Of a stretch of DNA of 64,000 bases, positions 28,459 to 37,274 are shown piece by piece; the stretch's first letter is position 1, and every line of letters begins with the position of its first letter. Source of the DNA: Escherichia coli O157:H7 (GTDB lineage Bacteria; Pseudomonadota; Gammaproteobacteria; Enterobacterales; Enterobacteriaceae); assembly GCF_013167455.1 (NCBI RefSeq), contig NZ_CP038328.1; one strand, written 5' to 3'. The position numbers were made by a program, and so were the translations under genes. The notes below the pieces were generated by a model that did not search any database, was not told where the DNA came from, and was given only the letters and a program-made list of their open reading frames with translations.

Positions 28459-29057
28459 TACGCAAACTCCAGTAGCTGCGCGGCCACATTTTCGACTTGT
28501 TCCGGAGAGGAAAATTTACGGAACAGGATCCAGTTCCACAGTACATTCAGCACAGATTTATAAACCTGCTGAAACTCGGTTTCGTCCATATTCGCAAACG
28601 CGATGGATTTCGCCCTGCGCCCACGGCTACCGTCCGGATAAAAATGCTCGGTGTAAAATCCGGCCTGAATGGTTACCCACTCGCGGAAAGCCTCAAACGA
28701 CTTTAGCAATGCCGTATCCCGGGTTCTGCGTGTCGCAACGGTATTCAGATATTGCTCTGCGGCATCACTCAGGGCTGGAGTATGTTCCCGACCTACTGAT
28801 TCGCACAGGAAATCAACGAAACCGGACACCAGTTCTCGTTCGCGAGGCGTGATCGCCCCACCGTTCGGAGTCCAGTAATCGAATCCCAGTTGCAGGAGTT
28901 TGAAAAAACGCTTGTGGAATGCGTAGTTACGCACACGCTTAAAGTCTGCGTGTATCCACTCACCGATTTTGATTTGATGCAAAAAATCGCAACTCTCCGG
29001 CGTCGCCGGGAGAAGTAATCCGGAAGAGGTTTGTTTGACCAGTTGTATATGCGCCAT
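28458..29057 (-). CDS. Hypothetical nin-region protein
   Basis: 199-aa ORF with overlapping stop/start with the ybcO-like gene. Confidence 0.45.
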   Translation of the reverse strand: MAHIQLVKQTSSGLLLPATPESCDFLHQIKIGEWIHADFKRVRNYAFHKRFFKLLQLGFDYWTPNGGAITPRERELVSGFVDFLCESVGREHTPALSDAAEQYLNTVATRRTRDTALLKSFEAFREWVTIQAGFYTEHFYPDGSRGRRAKSIAFANMDETEFQQVYKSVLNVLWNWILFRKFSSPEQVENVAAQLLEFA

Positions 29058-29128
29058 CGTAGTTCTCCGCTGGCGCAGTAGAATGGGTGTTCAGCCCGTT
29101 ATGTAGTATACCAGAATTAATGCCAATA

Positions 29129-29380
29129 CTAACAGGATGCTCTGACTCGCAATTCATCCAGCAGTTTATCATTTCCCATAATGTCACTTACCCTCATCGG
29201 TAAAAAAATTGCCTTTCGACCATTACGATACATCATTGATTTTGGGGTTTCAGGGAAGTAATCCATTTCGACTATAACTGACAGGTCATCACGACGTATG
29301 ACTGCGTATTTGCAACTAAATAGTTTCTTTATTTTTTCCACGATGCCTCCGAGTTTATAAGTACAAACGGTTATATCCAC
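29129..29380 (-). CDS. Hypothetical protein
   Basis: 83-aa ORF in an AT-rich segment; no motif. Confidence 0.3.
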   Translation of the reverse strand: MDITVCTYKLGGIVEKIKKLFSCKYAVIRRDDLSVIVEMDYFPETPKSMMYRNGRKAIFLPMRVSDIMGNDKLLDELRVRASC

Positions 29381-29526
29381 ATAGAGACAAAAATATTAAT
29401 CTGAAAAATATTTATTTCACGCCGTATATTTGATTATTTAATGTGCAGGTACAATGACTTTTATTTTTTGTTGTGTATATAATCAAATATATGGTTATTT
29501 TTCACCCTGCGCATTCAGCGCGCAAC

Positions 29527-29548
29527 AAAAAACCCGCCGAAGCGGGTT
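29527..29548 (-). terminator. Intrinsic terminator ending the hok mRNA
   Basis: Hairpin aacccgccgaagcgggtt with T-run on the minus strand, about 70 nt after the hok stop. Confidence 0.6.
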
Positions 29549-29616
29549 AAGTGCGGGTGCGTTGAGGATGCCTGACACATCAGAGGTGGCGAGGGATTTC
29601 TCCCCCGCCAGGTCTC

Positions 29617-29772
29617 TTACTCCTCAGGTTCGTAAGCTGTGAAGACAGCGACCTCCGTCTGGCCGGTTCGGATTCGTACCTCGCAGAGGTCTTTCCTCGT
29701 TACCAGTGCCGTCACTATGACGGTTAAACAGATGACGATCAGGGCGACTAACATCGCCTTTTGCTGCTTCAT
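29617..29772 (-). CDS. hok: Hok-family type I toxin (small membrane killer protein)
   Basis: MKQQKAMLVALIVICLTVIVTALVTRKDLCEVRIRTGQTEVAVFTAYEPEE, near-identical to Hok/Gef family members as recalled; RBS AAGGAG; the in-frame upstream extension of the ORF is mok-like. Confidence 0.8.
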   Translation of the reverse strand: MKQQKAMLVALIVICLTVIVTALVTRKDLCEVRIRTGQTEVAVFTAYEPEE

Positions 29773-29951
29773 AGCCTGCTTCTCCTTGCCTTTCGGCACG
29801 TAAGAGGCTAACCTACGTTTGTGAAGCATAGATTGGGCCTCAGATTAATGTTAAGCGTCTTGCAGGACGCGTAATGTTAACTGGGGCTTTTCTCTATCTG
29901 CCTTTTGGTGTTCATGCCTGAGGCAGATAGCCTCAAGCACCCATTATGATT

Positions 29952-31073
29952 TTAACCAAAGTCTTTGTATCTATAAAGAGGCACAATATTACTCGATATA
30001 TCATCATGTGTGCGCCTTATTCCAAACATTTTGGAAACAAAGCGTTCCCTCACTCCCGACATATCCAGTATCTGCTTCCAAGAAGATATATCCAGCAATT
30101 CAACTGCACAGGAAAGTAAGCGAGGTTTTTCCTCAGGGATTAACTCATCCCCCATCTCTCCTTTAATCGTCCCTCTTTTATTTAGATGGATAAATCCCGT
30201 TCTCATTTGTTGTGGCGTAATCAGCCCCAAAACCGTAGCACGATAAATACACATGCGAAGACTGATTTTCCATCGTTCTTTGAAATTAATTAGTGCATTC
30301 CAGTCAAGATGCGATCCTCGCATTTTAGGAAATTCATTAACGAACGAAACTCTAGGTACAAGGAATGCGCTCGAAAAATAATCCGCATGATGTTCTGTAA
30401 TTTTATCCCCTGTTATAATCCCTTCATGCAAAACAAGATGCCCCAGTTCATGACCGAGATCTGAGCGAAATCGACACACACTCTTTTTCGCGGAATTTCT
30501 AATTATCAATGGGCGTTTACTATTAATAGTAAACGCATCAATACGATCATCCACGCCAGATACATGAGCAACAACAACCCCAATACTTTCCACGAAATTA
30601 ACCATTGAAGATATCGGTCCCAGCCCCAAACCCCAATACCTTCTACAGGCCTCGGCAATTCTTTCAATATCTTCATCGGAGTTCAAAGGTAATCCGGACG
30701 TATCAGGAAAGTTCAATTCTGGAAGAACTATTTCTGTTTCCAAACACTTTACAAACTGCTCCAAAATTTCAGCTCGAGCCAGAATACTATTAGTTAAGGA
30801 CTGCGTCCTTGATCTCTTGCTTCTGAAATGGCAGTTCTCGCTGTCTAATGGTGATTTCCTTCCAGTGAAGAAAAACGACTCTTTAACATCCAGATAATCT
30901 GCAAGAGCTGTCAACATCTGAGATGAAGGGGGATAACCACGCTCTAACTTGTTTATAAATTGCCGAGTCACCCCCAAAGCAGTAGCAAGCTCTTCGCCCG
31001 TAACCCCTTTAGCCTGACGAGCTAATTTTAAGCAGTCACCACGATAATTACCTATAGAATCAAATAGTTCCAT
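29952..31073 (-). CDS. HTH_XRE DNA-binding domain fused to ImmA/IrrE-family (M78) zinc metallopeptidase
   Basis: N-terminal HTH (LARQAKGVTGEELATALGVTRQFINKLERG) and HEXXH site (LGHELGHLVLHE); start ambiguous between 31073 and 31109; AT-rich. Confidence 0.7.
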   Translation of the reverse strand: MELFDSIGNYRGDCLKLARQAKGVTGEELATALGVTRQFINKLERGYPPSSQMLTALADYLDVKESFFFTGRKSPLDSENCHFRSKRSRTQSLTNSILARAEILEQFVKCLETEIVLPELNFPDTSGLPLNSDEDIERIAEACRRYWGLGLGPISSMVNFVESIGVVVAHVSGVDDRIDAFTINSKRPLIIRNSAKKSVCRFRSDLGHELGHLVLHEGIITGDKITEHHADYFSSAFLVPRVSFVNEFPKMRGSHLDWNALINFKERWKISLRMCIYRATVLGLITPQQMRTGFIHLNKRGTIKGEMGDELIPEEKPRLLSCAVELLDISSWKQILDMSGVRERFVSKMFGIRRTHDDISSNIVPLYRYKDFG

Positions 31074-31710
31074 ATTTATCACTATCTGCTTTTTTCGCAT
31101 TCTTAACACGCCGCTGCAAATTCAGCGGTGGTGTTTCCACGGCCTCTGGCAATACGTCAGTATTAGCTGCTTGTACTGGAGCATGGACTTTAGACACCAA
31201 TTCGTATCTACTCACTACATTATTTGATGAATCAAAACCTATCAGGGCTAAAAGCCACGTTGGAGGTTCAATATCTTCATCTTTTTTATTTGCAGATGGT
31301 AATTTTTCAGCCAGAACACGCCATGTAACATCATGTTCAAAATTAACATCATCTTCAAAAAGAGATAACTGACGACACTCAACATCATTTTTACATAAGC
31401 GATGTTTCTTTTTTGGTGAATCCAGTTTATCGGTCACAAACTGTAACGGCACCCTGTTCAGGGTAAACACAAAATTCAGAGGTGTTGAAAGAATCGCCAC
31501 TCCTTTGAGTTTTTTATGATTTTTTACAAGAAAGTTTTTTATCCATCCATAGGCCCTACATCCATTAATCCAGTTATCATCATACTCATGGCGATGGAAC
31601 CATAATTCGCCAAGTACGTTAGCAAATTGCTGAAGAAGATTGATAACAGATTTTTCATCCAAACAAGGATTGATTTCAAAACACGGTTGGAGATTCTGTT
31701 CAGACGGCAT
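31060..31710 (-). CDS. Uncharacterised protein, upstream partner of the HTH-peptidase gene
   Basis: 216 aa from Met MPSEQNLQPC... with RBS GAGGG; stop overlaps the next gene start; no motif recognised. Confidence 0.5.
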   Translation of the reverse strand: MPSEQNLQPCFEINPCLDEKSVINLLQQFANVLGELWFHRHEYDDNWINGCRAYGWIKNFLVKNHKKLKGVAILSTPLNFVFTLNRVPLQFVTDKLDSPKKKHRLCKNDVECRQLSLFEDDVNFEHDVTWRVLAEKLPSANKKDEDIEPPTWLLALIGFDSSNNVVSRYELVSKVHAPVQAANTDVLPEAVETPPLNLQRRVKNAKKADSDKYGTI

Positions 31711-31864
31711 AAGGTATCCCTCTCTCTTAAAACTCCGCTCATCTTTACGCAAAATTTTATTTTTGTAAACCTAATCTTTAGGGGATTTCACGAATTCGTC
31801 AACCAGTCGAACAAACTTTAACCACAATACATATTTATCTACATTGATATGTGTATCGCTAACA

Positions 31865-32095
31865 CTATTGTGGGCATTCAGCTAGTATTACCAAGCCTTC
31901 AGGTGCGCGAAGTTGTTCCGCACAGTGCAGCAGCGCATCAGTCGCTTCCTTAAGCGTCACAGTGTCGCCATCACCCAGTCCTGCAATTTTTGCGTGCCTG
32001 ACAAACGCCGCGCAAAGGTCGTTAAACGCCCCTGCCCGCACATCCGCCAGGAAAGCGTTGGCAGCAGCCAAATCCTGGTAGTCAATCCCGCTCAC
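31865..32095 (-). CDS. Hypothetical small protein
   Basis: 76-aa ORF with start/stop overlap to the upstream gene. Confidence 0.35.
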   Translation of the reverse strand: MSGIDYQDLAAANAFLADVRAGAFNDLCAAFVRHAKIAGLGDGDTVTLKEATDALLHCAEQLRAPEGLVILAECPQ

Positions 32096-32529
32096 TGTGC
32101 CACCTCCTGAAAATTACCCTGATAAAACGCCAGTGCGCGCTGCATAACTTCGCTCTTCCGGCACTCGCTACAGATTATGTTCTGACGCCTGTCGTAGCGG
32201 CGTATTTCTCCGTCTGGTAATGACCAGATAAGGTCCGGATCATCCACAGATGTTTTCTTCAGATTTGCCCTTGAGAGTTTTTTGCGGGCGTTTTGCCAGT
32301 CCTTACGCGCCTGTTCAGACGGGAATAACCCGTAACCAGAGTTGTATACATCGCCACTGGCAACCAGCTCTCTGGCGAGAACACTCATCAGATATCTTGT
32401 CGCACCTGTTTTCTCTTCCAGTTGCCGTAACGTCTCGCGGCCGCTCAGACGTACAAGTTCAACAACCTGCCCTTTAATTTTTTCCCGCTCTTCTGGTGTA
32501 AATACTTTTGCCATGGGCGCCTCCGGCAA
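32092..32529 (-). CDS. Hypothetical protein
   Basis: 145-aa ORF downstream of the ydaW-like gene. Confidence 0.45.
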   Translation of the reverse strand: MPEAPMAKVFTPEEREKIKGQVVELVRLSGRETLRQLEEKTGATRYLMSVLARELVASGDVYNSGYGLFPSEQARKDWQNARKKLSRANLKKTSVDDPDLIWSLPDGEIRRYDRRQNIICSECRKSEVMQRALAFYQGNFQEVAQ

Positions 32530-33342
32530 TCACTTTTCCGATGCAACACGGCGGGAAAAATCAGTAATCTGTCGAACAATATCCCGATGCTTGTTCAGCT
32601 CCCGCAGCGCGGCGCAGACACGCTCCCACTTCTGGACATGATTTTTCGCCCGACGCAGTTCACGGTTTGCCATATGCAGCGATGACAAAATCAAATCATC
32701 AGATCGCGTTGCAGTAAACGATGGCAGCGACTGCACAATGTCCGCCACAGTTTCTGTTTTAATATCTTCCTGTGTTGCAGCCTCCTGTACTGGTAACGCA
32801 ACACATGCAGGCTGAGGAAAGGCTTTACCATCAGTTTCCGCTACCGATGCTGCTTTCGGCTCTGCTGGTAAATTATCGCCCGGTATGCAGTAACGAAATT
32901 TACCGTTCTGGTTTACGCGAATCAGGCGTCCTTTGCTGATTGCCATTGCCAGCGTTGAAGCAACTTTGCGGGATGTTGTACCGAACAGCGTAGCCAGTTC
33001 ATCCGCCGTTTGTGGTCCGCGTTGTTCAATCGTCGCGGTTAAATCGCACTCTGAGATTTTCGCTACTGTTGCCGTGGTGGTTTCTTCCGGCAGTTCTGCC
33101 TGCATTGGCTGTTCCTGCTGAACGTTGTTATCGGCCACACGCCAGGTGTATACGCTTTTATCAACGAATCCAGCCTTTTTCAGTTCCCAAAGCTCGTTCA
33201 GCACTTCTTCACGACTGATATCAAGTCGCGCAGCCAGTTCTACCGACGTGGCTTTTCCCATTGCTTTCAGTGCACCAAAAACGGTTTCCATTAAAATTTC
33301 CTCCCGGTAAAAATCACTTCGCAATTCCTGGCTGGACGACAT
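32530..33342 (-). CDS. YdaW-like protein (start may be Met18 at 33291)
   Basis: 270-aa ORF following the DnaC-like gene, as in the Rac ydaV-ydaW arrangement. Confidence 0.5.
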   Translation of the reverse strand: MSSSQELRSDFYREEILMETVFGALKAMGKATSVELAARLDISREEVLNELWELKKAGFVDKSVYTWRVADNNVQQEQPMQAELPEETTTATVAKISECDLTATIEQRGPQTADELATLFGTTSRKVASTLAMAISKGRLIRVNQNGKFRYCIPGDNLPAEPKAASVAETDGKAFPQPACVALPVQEAATQEDIKTETVADIVQSLPSFTATRSDDLILSSLHMANRELRRAKNHVQKWERVCAALRELNKHRDIVRQITDFSRRVASEK

Positions 33343-34060
33343 TCGGACGCCAGCTCTCCCAGTTAAAATTCACCCATCGCCCGCCGTTCATGGTCATGCG
33401 ATCCATAATCCTCTCGCCGAGCAATGTTTTCATGGCCTCATAGTTCAGGTTTGTCAGCATCCCCACGCTGCGCATCGACGCTGTCCGGCGATCAACAATC
33501 TGGTGCAGCACCACCTGCTCGTTTTTTGTCTCGCGCTGAATGCCAATTTCATCAAGAACCAGCAGATCCACTTCGCACAGTTCCCGCAAAAATTTTTCGC
33601 CTGACTGCCCGTCGTCATAGCTGGCGTGCAGGGCGCTCATAACATCAGCCACGGTAACCACAATCACTGTCTGACCGTCTTTCAGCAGGCGATTCCCGAT
33701 AGCTGCCGCTAAGTGATTCTTCCCGGTACCAGGTTTTCCGCTGAACGCAAAATTTGTACACCCGGTCATCAGTTCATCGGCGATGGATTTCGCCTGGCTT
33801 AACGCGTATCGCTGGCCGTCGTTCTGCACCTGGTAATTCGCAAACGAGCATTTACGGTGCAACGGCTGGATGCCTGAGCGATTCAGAATTTTTTCCACCC
33901 GCAACTGACGATTCAGGCGGTTGATCTCCTCGCTACGTTTCTGGCCTTCAGCAAGTTGCCACTCGCGCCACTCCGCAACCGTTCTGAATGGGGCGGTTAC
34001 ATGTGGTGGGGCCAGTCTGCGGATACGCTCCAGAACGCCTCCTGTCGCAATATTTTTCAT
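33314..34060 (-). CDS. DnaC/IstB-like replicative helicase loader (YdaV-like)
   Basis: Walker A ([17 protein letters not shown]) and Walker B (LLVLDEIG) motifs. Confidence 0.8.
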   Translation of the reverse strand: MKNIATGGVLERIRRLAPPHVTAPFRTVAEWREWQLAEGQKRSEEINRLNRQLRVEKILNRSGIQPLHRKCSFANYQVQNDGQRYALSQAKSIADELMTGCTNFAFSGKPGTGKNHLAAAIGNRLLKDGQTVIVVTVADVMSALHASYDDGQSGEKFLRELCEVDLLVLDEIGIQRETKNEQVVLHQIVDRRTASMRSVGMLTNLNYEAMKTLLGERIMDRMTMNGGRWVNFNWESWRPNVVQPGIAK

Positions 34061-34066
34061 GGTCTG

Positions 34067-34855
34067 TTACCCCCTGAAGCCTGGCGGGATCGCACTGTCC
34101 GGCAACGAGACGGTGTTAACCTGTCGGAGCAACGTCTCAGGCCGAACACCTTTCGGCGCGAACAGGCCCTGGTATTCATTGGCGATGCTGTTTCGAATCA
34201 CCAGCTCAGGTGTAAAACCCTGCTGACGGAATTTTTCCAGTTCCCGTATCGCCCCGTTAGCGCCCTGCTCCGTTCGAATCGGTTTTCGCAATGCCTGTCT
34301 GAACCGGACCCACTCATGCCAGAGTGTTTCCGGCAACCAATCGGGCAGCTCAATAGCCTCCGGCTCGAATTTTTTAGACGCTCGTTTTTGGCGAGGGGGA
34401 TTTAGGGGGAGATCAGTATTTAGATCTTCCTCTTCCTCTTCCTCTGGTAACGCTTTTTGATCCGTTTGTGTAACGCCGGCAGCGTTACCTTTTCGTTTCA
34501 GTTCACGTATTTTTGTAACTCGCTCGTTTGTAACCGCCCGTTTTTTAGAGCTTTTTCCGTTATGGCGTTCAAAGTTAGGTAGAGAAAGCCCAACGTCATT
34601 TTCGACCAGCCATCCAACCTGAATTAACGCATCAGCAAAACCAGCCATAAAAGAGATGCGATCTATTGCACTTTTTGTAACGCCGCGAGCGTTACAATCT
34701 GCATTACCGTCTATCATTTGTTGATCCGCCCATGCCCAGAAGCGAATAACCTTCCCTAATGCGGCATCTGGATCAATATTCAGAATCTCAGCAAGCCTGA
34801 ATATTTCCGGCTTATCCGGCGTAATAACCTCGAGCTTTATCCAGTTTGAAGCCAT
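34067..34855 (-). CDS. Replication initiation protein (YdaU-like)
   Basis: 262 aa upstream of the helicase loader; acidic linker (EEEEEED); contains inverted-repeat motifs within its coding sequence. Confidence 0.6.
   Translation of the reverse strand: MASNWIKLEVITPDKPEIFRLAEILNIDPDAALGKVIRFWAWADQQMIDGNADCNARGVTKSAIDRISFMAGFADALIQVGWLVENDVGLSLPNFERHNGKSSKKRAVTNERVTKIRELKRKGNAAGVTQTDQKALPEEEEEEDLNTDLPLNPPRQKRASKKFEPEAIELPDWLPETLWHEWVRFRQALRKPIRTEQGANGAIRELEKFRQQGFTPELVIRNSIANEYQGLFAPKGVRPETLLRQVNTVSLPDSAIPPGFRG
34469..34488. repeat. Inverted-repeat motif TGTAACGC-N5-GCGTTAC, copy 1
   Basis: tgtaacgccggcagcgttac inside the replication gene. Confidence 0.6.
34685..34705. repeat. Inverted-repeat motif, copy 2
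   Basis: tgtaacgccgcgagcgttaca. Confidence 0.6.
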
Positions 34856-34867
34856 TTGTTTTCACCT

Positions 34868-34888
34868 TGTAACGCTCGCAGCGTTACA
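34868..34888. repeat. Inverted-repeat motif, copy 3 (just upstream of the replication gene start)
   Basis: tgtaacgctcgcagcgttaca. Confidence 0.6.
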
Positions 34889-34932
34889 TTTAACTGATAC
34901 CGAACAAAACAATCCGGCACGATTAATTTCAA

Positions 34933-35355
34933 TCAATGCACTACGACAGAATCACCGGGCGACCCACCACCGCTGAAATGTGCTTTCCGGTAAACGGCCT
35001 GGACTGCATCATCATGCGCATCAATTGCCGTACTCAACGCTTCCTGCGCCGCCAGTAATGCACGGCGTTCCAGGGTATCGAAGATGCAGAGTCGGTGACG
35101 CAGCTCGCGCGGAAGAATTGCCAGAACCGCAGGGATCAGTTTCTGAATTTTTTCCCTTTGCGCTTTCGTTTCACCTTTCAACCAACGGTGATAGATATTC
35201 TGCTGATTGTTCCAGTCCTTGCCTGGTACCAGGGGCAATTCGCCGCCCCCCTGGCGCAGATATTCATCAGTAATTGCGTTAGCGACCCACGCCTGCCCTT
35301 TTTCGGCTGCCAGGGCTAACAGCACTGATTCGATGTGCTCATGCCTGATTTTCAT
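34933..35355 (-). CDS. YdaT-like protein (proposed CII-like regulator in Rac-type prophages)
   Basis: 140-aa ORF immediately after the cro-like gene with overlapping stop/start. Confidence 0.5.
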   Translation of the reverse strand: MKIRHEHIESVLLALAAEKGQAWVANAITDEYLRQGGGELPLVPGKDWNNQQNIYHRWLKGETKAQREKIQKLIPAVLAILPRELRHRLCIFDTLERRALLAAQEALSTAIDAHDDAVQAVYRKAHFSGGGSPGDSVVVH

Positions 35356-35594
35356 GAATCAACCGCTCCTATGCTGTTTTCGCTATGCTTACCGTCTGGG
35401 GGGAATACATCGTCAAGTCCACAATGAGCGCCAAGCCGATTAAGGGTAGAAACAATTTTTCTGCACTCCTCTAGTCCAGGGGTACGAAAATTTGCTTCGT
35501 AATTTGCCAGTCGGCTTTGTATCCACCCTAACTGAACAGCAAGTTGTCTTTGAGACAGCCCAAGCTGTTTTCGATATGTTGAAATTTTGTTCAT
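35352..35594 (-). CDS. Cro-like HTH regulator (YdaS-like)
   Basis: 80 aa with HTH (LGLSQRQLAVQLGWIQSRLANYE); divergent from the repressor gene. Confidence 0.65.
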   Translation of the reverse strand: MNKISTYRKQLGLSQRQLAVQLGWIQSRLANYEANFRTPGLEECRKIVSTLNRLGAHCGLDDVFPPDGKHSENSIGAVDS

Positions 35595-35690
35595 TGAAAA
35601 CCTCCGATGACAATTTTAAACACATCTTGTGTTATATGGTCAAGCTGTTTTGTGTTTTGTGTAAATCACGATTCGTGATACAAGGATGCA
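35595..35690. promoter_or_regulatory. Divergent promoter/operator region between cro-like and repressor genes
   Basis: Two palindromes: AACACAtctTGTGTT (35629..35643) and ATCACGAtTCGTGAT (35665..35679), plus a ttttgtg direct repeat. Confidence 0.5.
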
Positions 35691-36110
35691 ATGGAAAAAG
35701 AAAACGAAAAAATTGCCGCTAGTAGGCTCAATGACAAAATTGCAATGCGTCTTAAAGAGCGCAGGCAGAAGCTTGGTTTATCTCAAGGAAAACTTGCTGA
35801 AATCTGCGGATGGACGCAATCGCGTATAGGTAACTATGAGGCGGGTAGCAGAAATGTTGGAGTGCATGACGCTGTCGTATTGGGAAAGGCACTTGGCATA
35901 TCTCCTCCTGAGCTCCTCTTTGGAGAACAGGAATCTTCTGAATTGTGGTTAAATGAATCCCAACGAAAACTTCTTGAGTTGTTTAACCAGCTACCGGGCT
36001 CAGAACAACAACGAATGATTGAGCTATTTGAAGTCCGGCTAAAAGAAATCGATGAGTATGTAGAAAAATATTTGAGAGGCAGGCTTAAAGATAATCCCCC
36101 ACCGGAGTAA
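35691..36110 (+). CDS. Prophage repressor (HTH_XRE, cI/RacR-like)
   Basis: 139 aa with HTH (LGLSQGKLAEICGWTQSRIGNYE); followed by an intrinsic terminator. Confidence 0.65.
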   Translation: MEKENEKIAASRLNDKIAMRLKERRQKLGLSQGKLAEICGWTQSRIGNYEAGSRNVGVHDAVVLGKALGISPPELLFGEQESSELWLNESQRKLLELFNQLPGSEQQRMIELFEVRLKEIDEYVEKYLRGRLKDNPPPE

Positions 36111-36140
36111 TGATCTTGCTATCACAGTAATATGCCAATC

Positions 36141-36166
36141 AGCCCGCTATCAGCGGGCTTTTTTTG
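36141..36166 (+). terminator. Intrinsic terminator after the repressor gene
   Basis: Hairpin agcccgctatcagcgggct plus T7. Confidence 0.6.
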
Positions 36167-36416
36167 TACCATCATCATATGACACCCACCACAAAACACA
36201 TTTCGTGTTGACACAAGAAAACGCATTGTGTTTAATAAGCATATCCAAACAACGCCCCACCAGAGAACGGCAGGACAATACCTCGAGTTATCCAGCCACT
36301 GAACAGGGCTAAGTAGCCAGCCTGAGGCATACGAACATGACGGCAGTTGTTGATTGATACAAAGCGCAGTAGATAAAACGTTCCGCCACCCGGCGTTAAG
36401 GGGAAATGAGGTCAAC

Positions 36417-36569
36417 ATGGATACTATCGATCTTGGCAACAACGAATCTCTGGTATGTGGCGTGTTTCCCAATCAGGACGGCACATTCACCGCCATGACG
36501 TATACCAAAAGCAAATCGTTTAAAACCGAAGCTGGCGCACGTCGCTGGCTTGCCAAAAATACCAGCTAA
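36417..36569 (+). CDS. YdaF/YdfA-like small protein
   Basis: MDTIDLGNNESLVCGVFPNQDGTFTAMTYTKSKSFKTEAGARRWLAKNTS (50 aa), resembling Rac YdaF as recalled. Confidence 0.45.
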   Translation: MDTIDLGNNESLVCGVFPNQDGTFTAMTYTKSKSFKTEAGARRWLAKNTS

Positions 36570-37085
36570 ACCATTTATTGGATTAATTCAATATTCTTGC
36601 TGTAGGGGTATAGCCGAGGCCACCAAAGCCCGGAGGTGGTGAAATAAAACCGGGCACAACACGAAGGCGCATTTCCGATATCCATAAAGAGTCGGTCTTG
36701 TCTGTTAAATTTAAATGGTGGGAGTGCGCCTCCGGTTGTAAATAACGACATTGCTGTGTGTAGTCTTGGCGGCATCAGTTCTACTCCGTGGCTGCCCTGC
36801 CGCCCCTTTTTAAAGTGAATTTTGTGATGCGGTGAATGCGGCTGAGCGCACGCGGCACAGTTAAAAGCATCAGTGTTATGGGTGGATTATCCGGCGTTAA
36901 TTGTTAACTGGTTAACGTCACCTGGAGGCACCAGGCACCGCATCAACAAAGTTCACTTCAGTGATGAAAGGTGAGAGAAAATGTTGGATGTAGCTATTGA
37001 AAACCAGAACGGGTGGAATTATAGTGCACCTGCACCTCATAAAACGGGTGCCGGGATTTGCACCCCGATGATCACTAGAGCGCAT

Positions 37086-37109
37086 AACCGCGCCAAAGCG
37101 GTTTTTTTA
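37086..37109 (+). terminator. Intrinsic terminator inside the noncoding region upstream of rha
   Basis: Hairpin aaccgcgccaaagcggtt plus T7. Confidence 0.5.
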
Positions 37110-37274
37110 TGCGTAAAGCGCAGCCACATTCAGATTATGGTGGGGCGTATGGGGCCGTTTTCGGGCGGGCCGGATTCTCTAGTGACCGGTAGTGCAAACC
37201 CTGTACGTCTCACCACCCATGAGATTTGCACCTCCGGTGGTGAGTTTACCAACTTATCACTAGAGGCTGCCATC

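Noticed and set aside
36981-37274. In-frame N-terminal extension that would make rha 282 aa
   Set aside because: The extension runs through an intrinsic terminator and has non-protein-like composition; MATIPTLS is the more plausible start.
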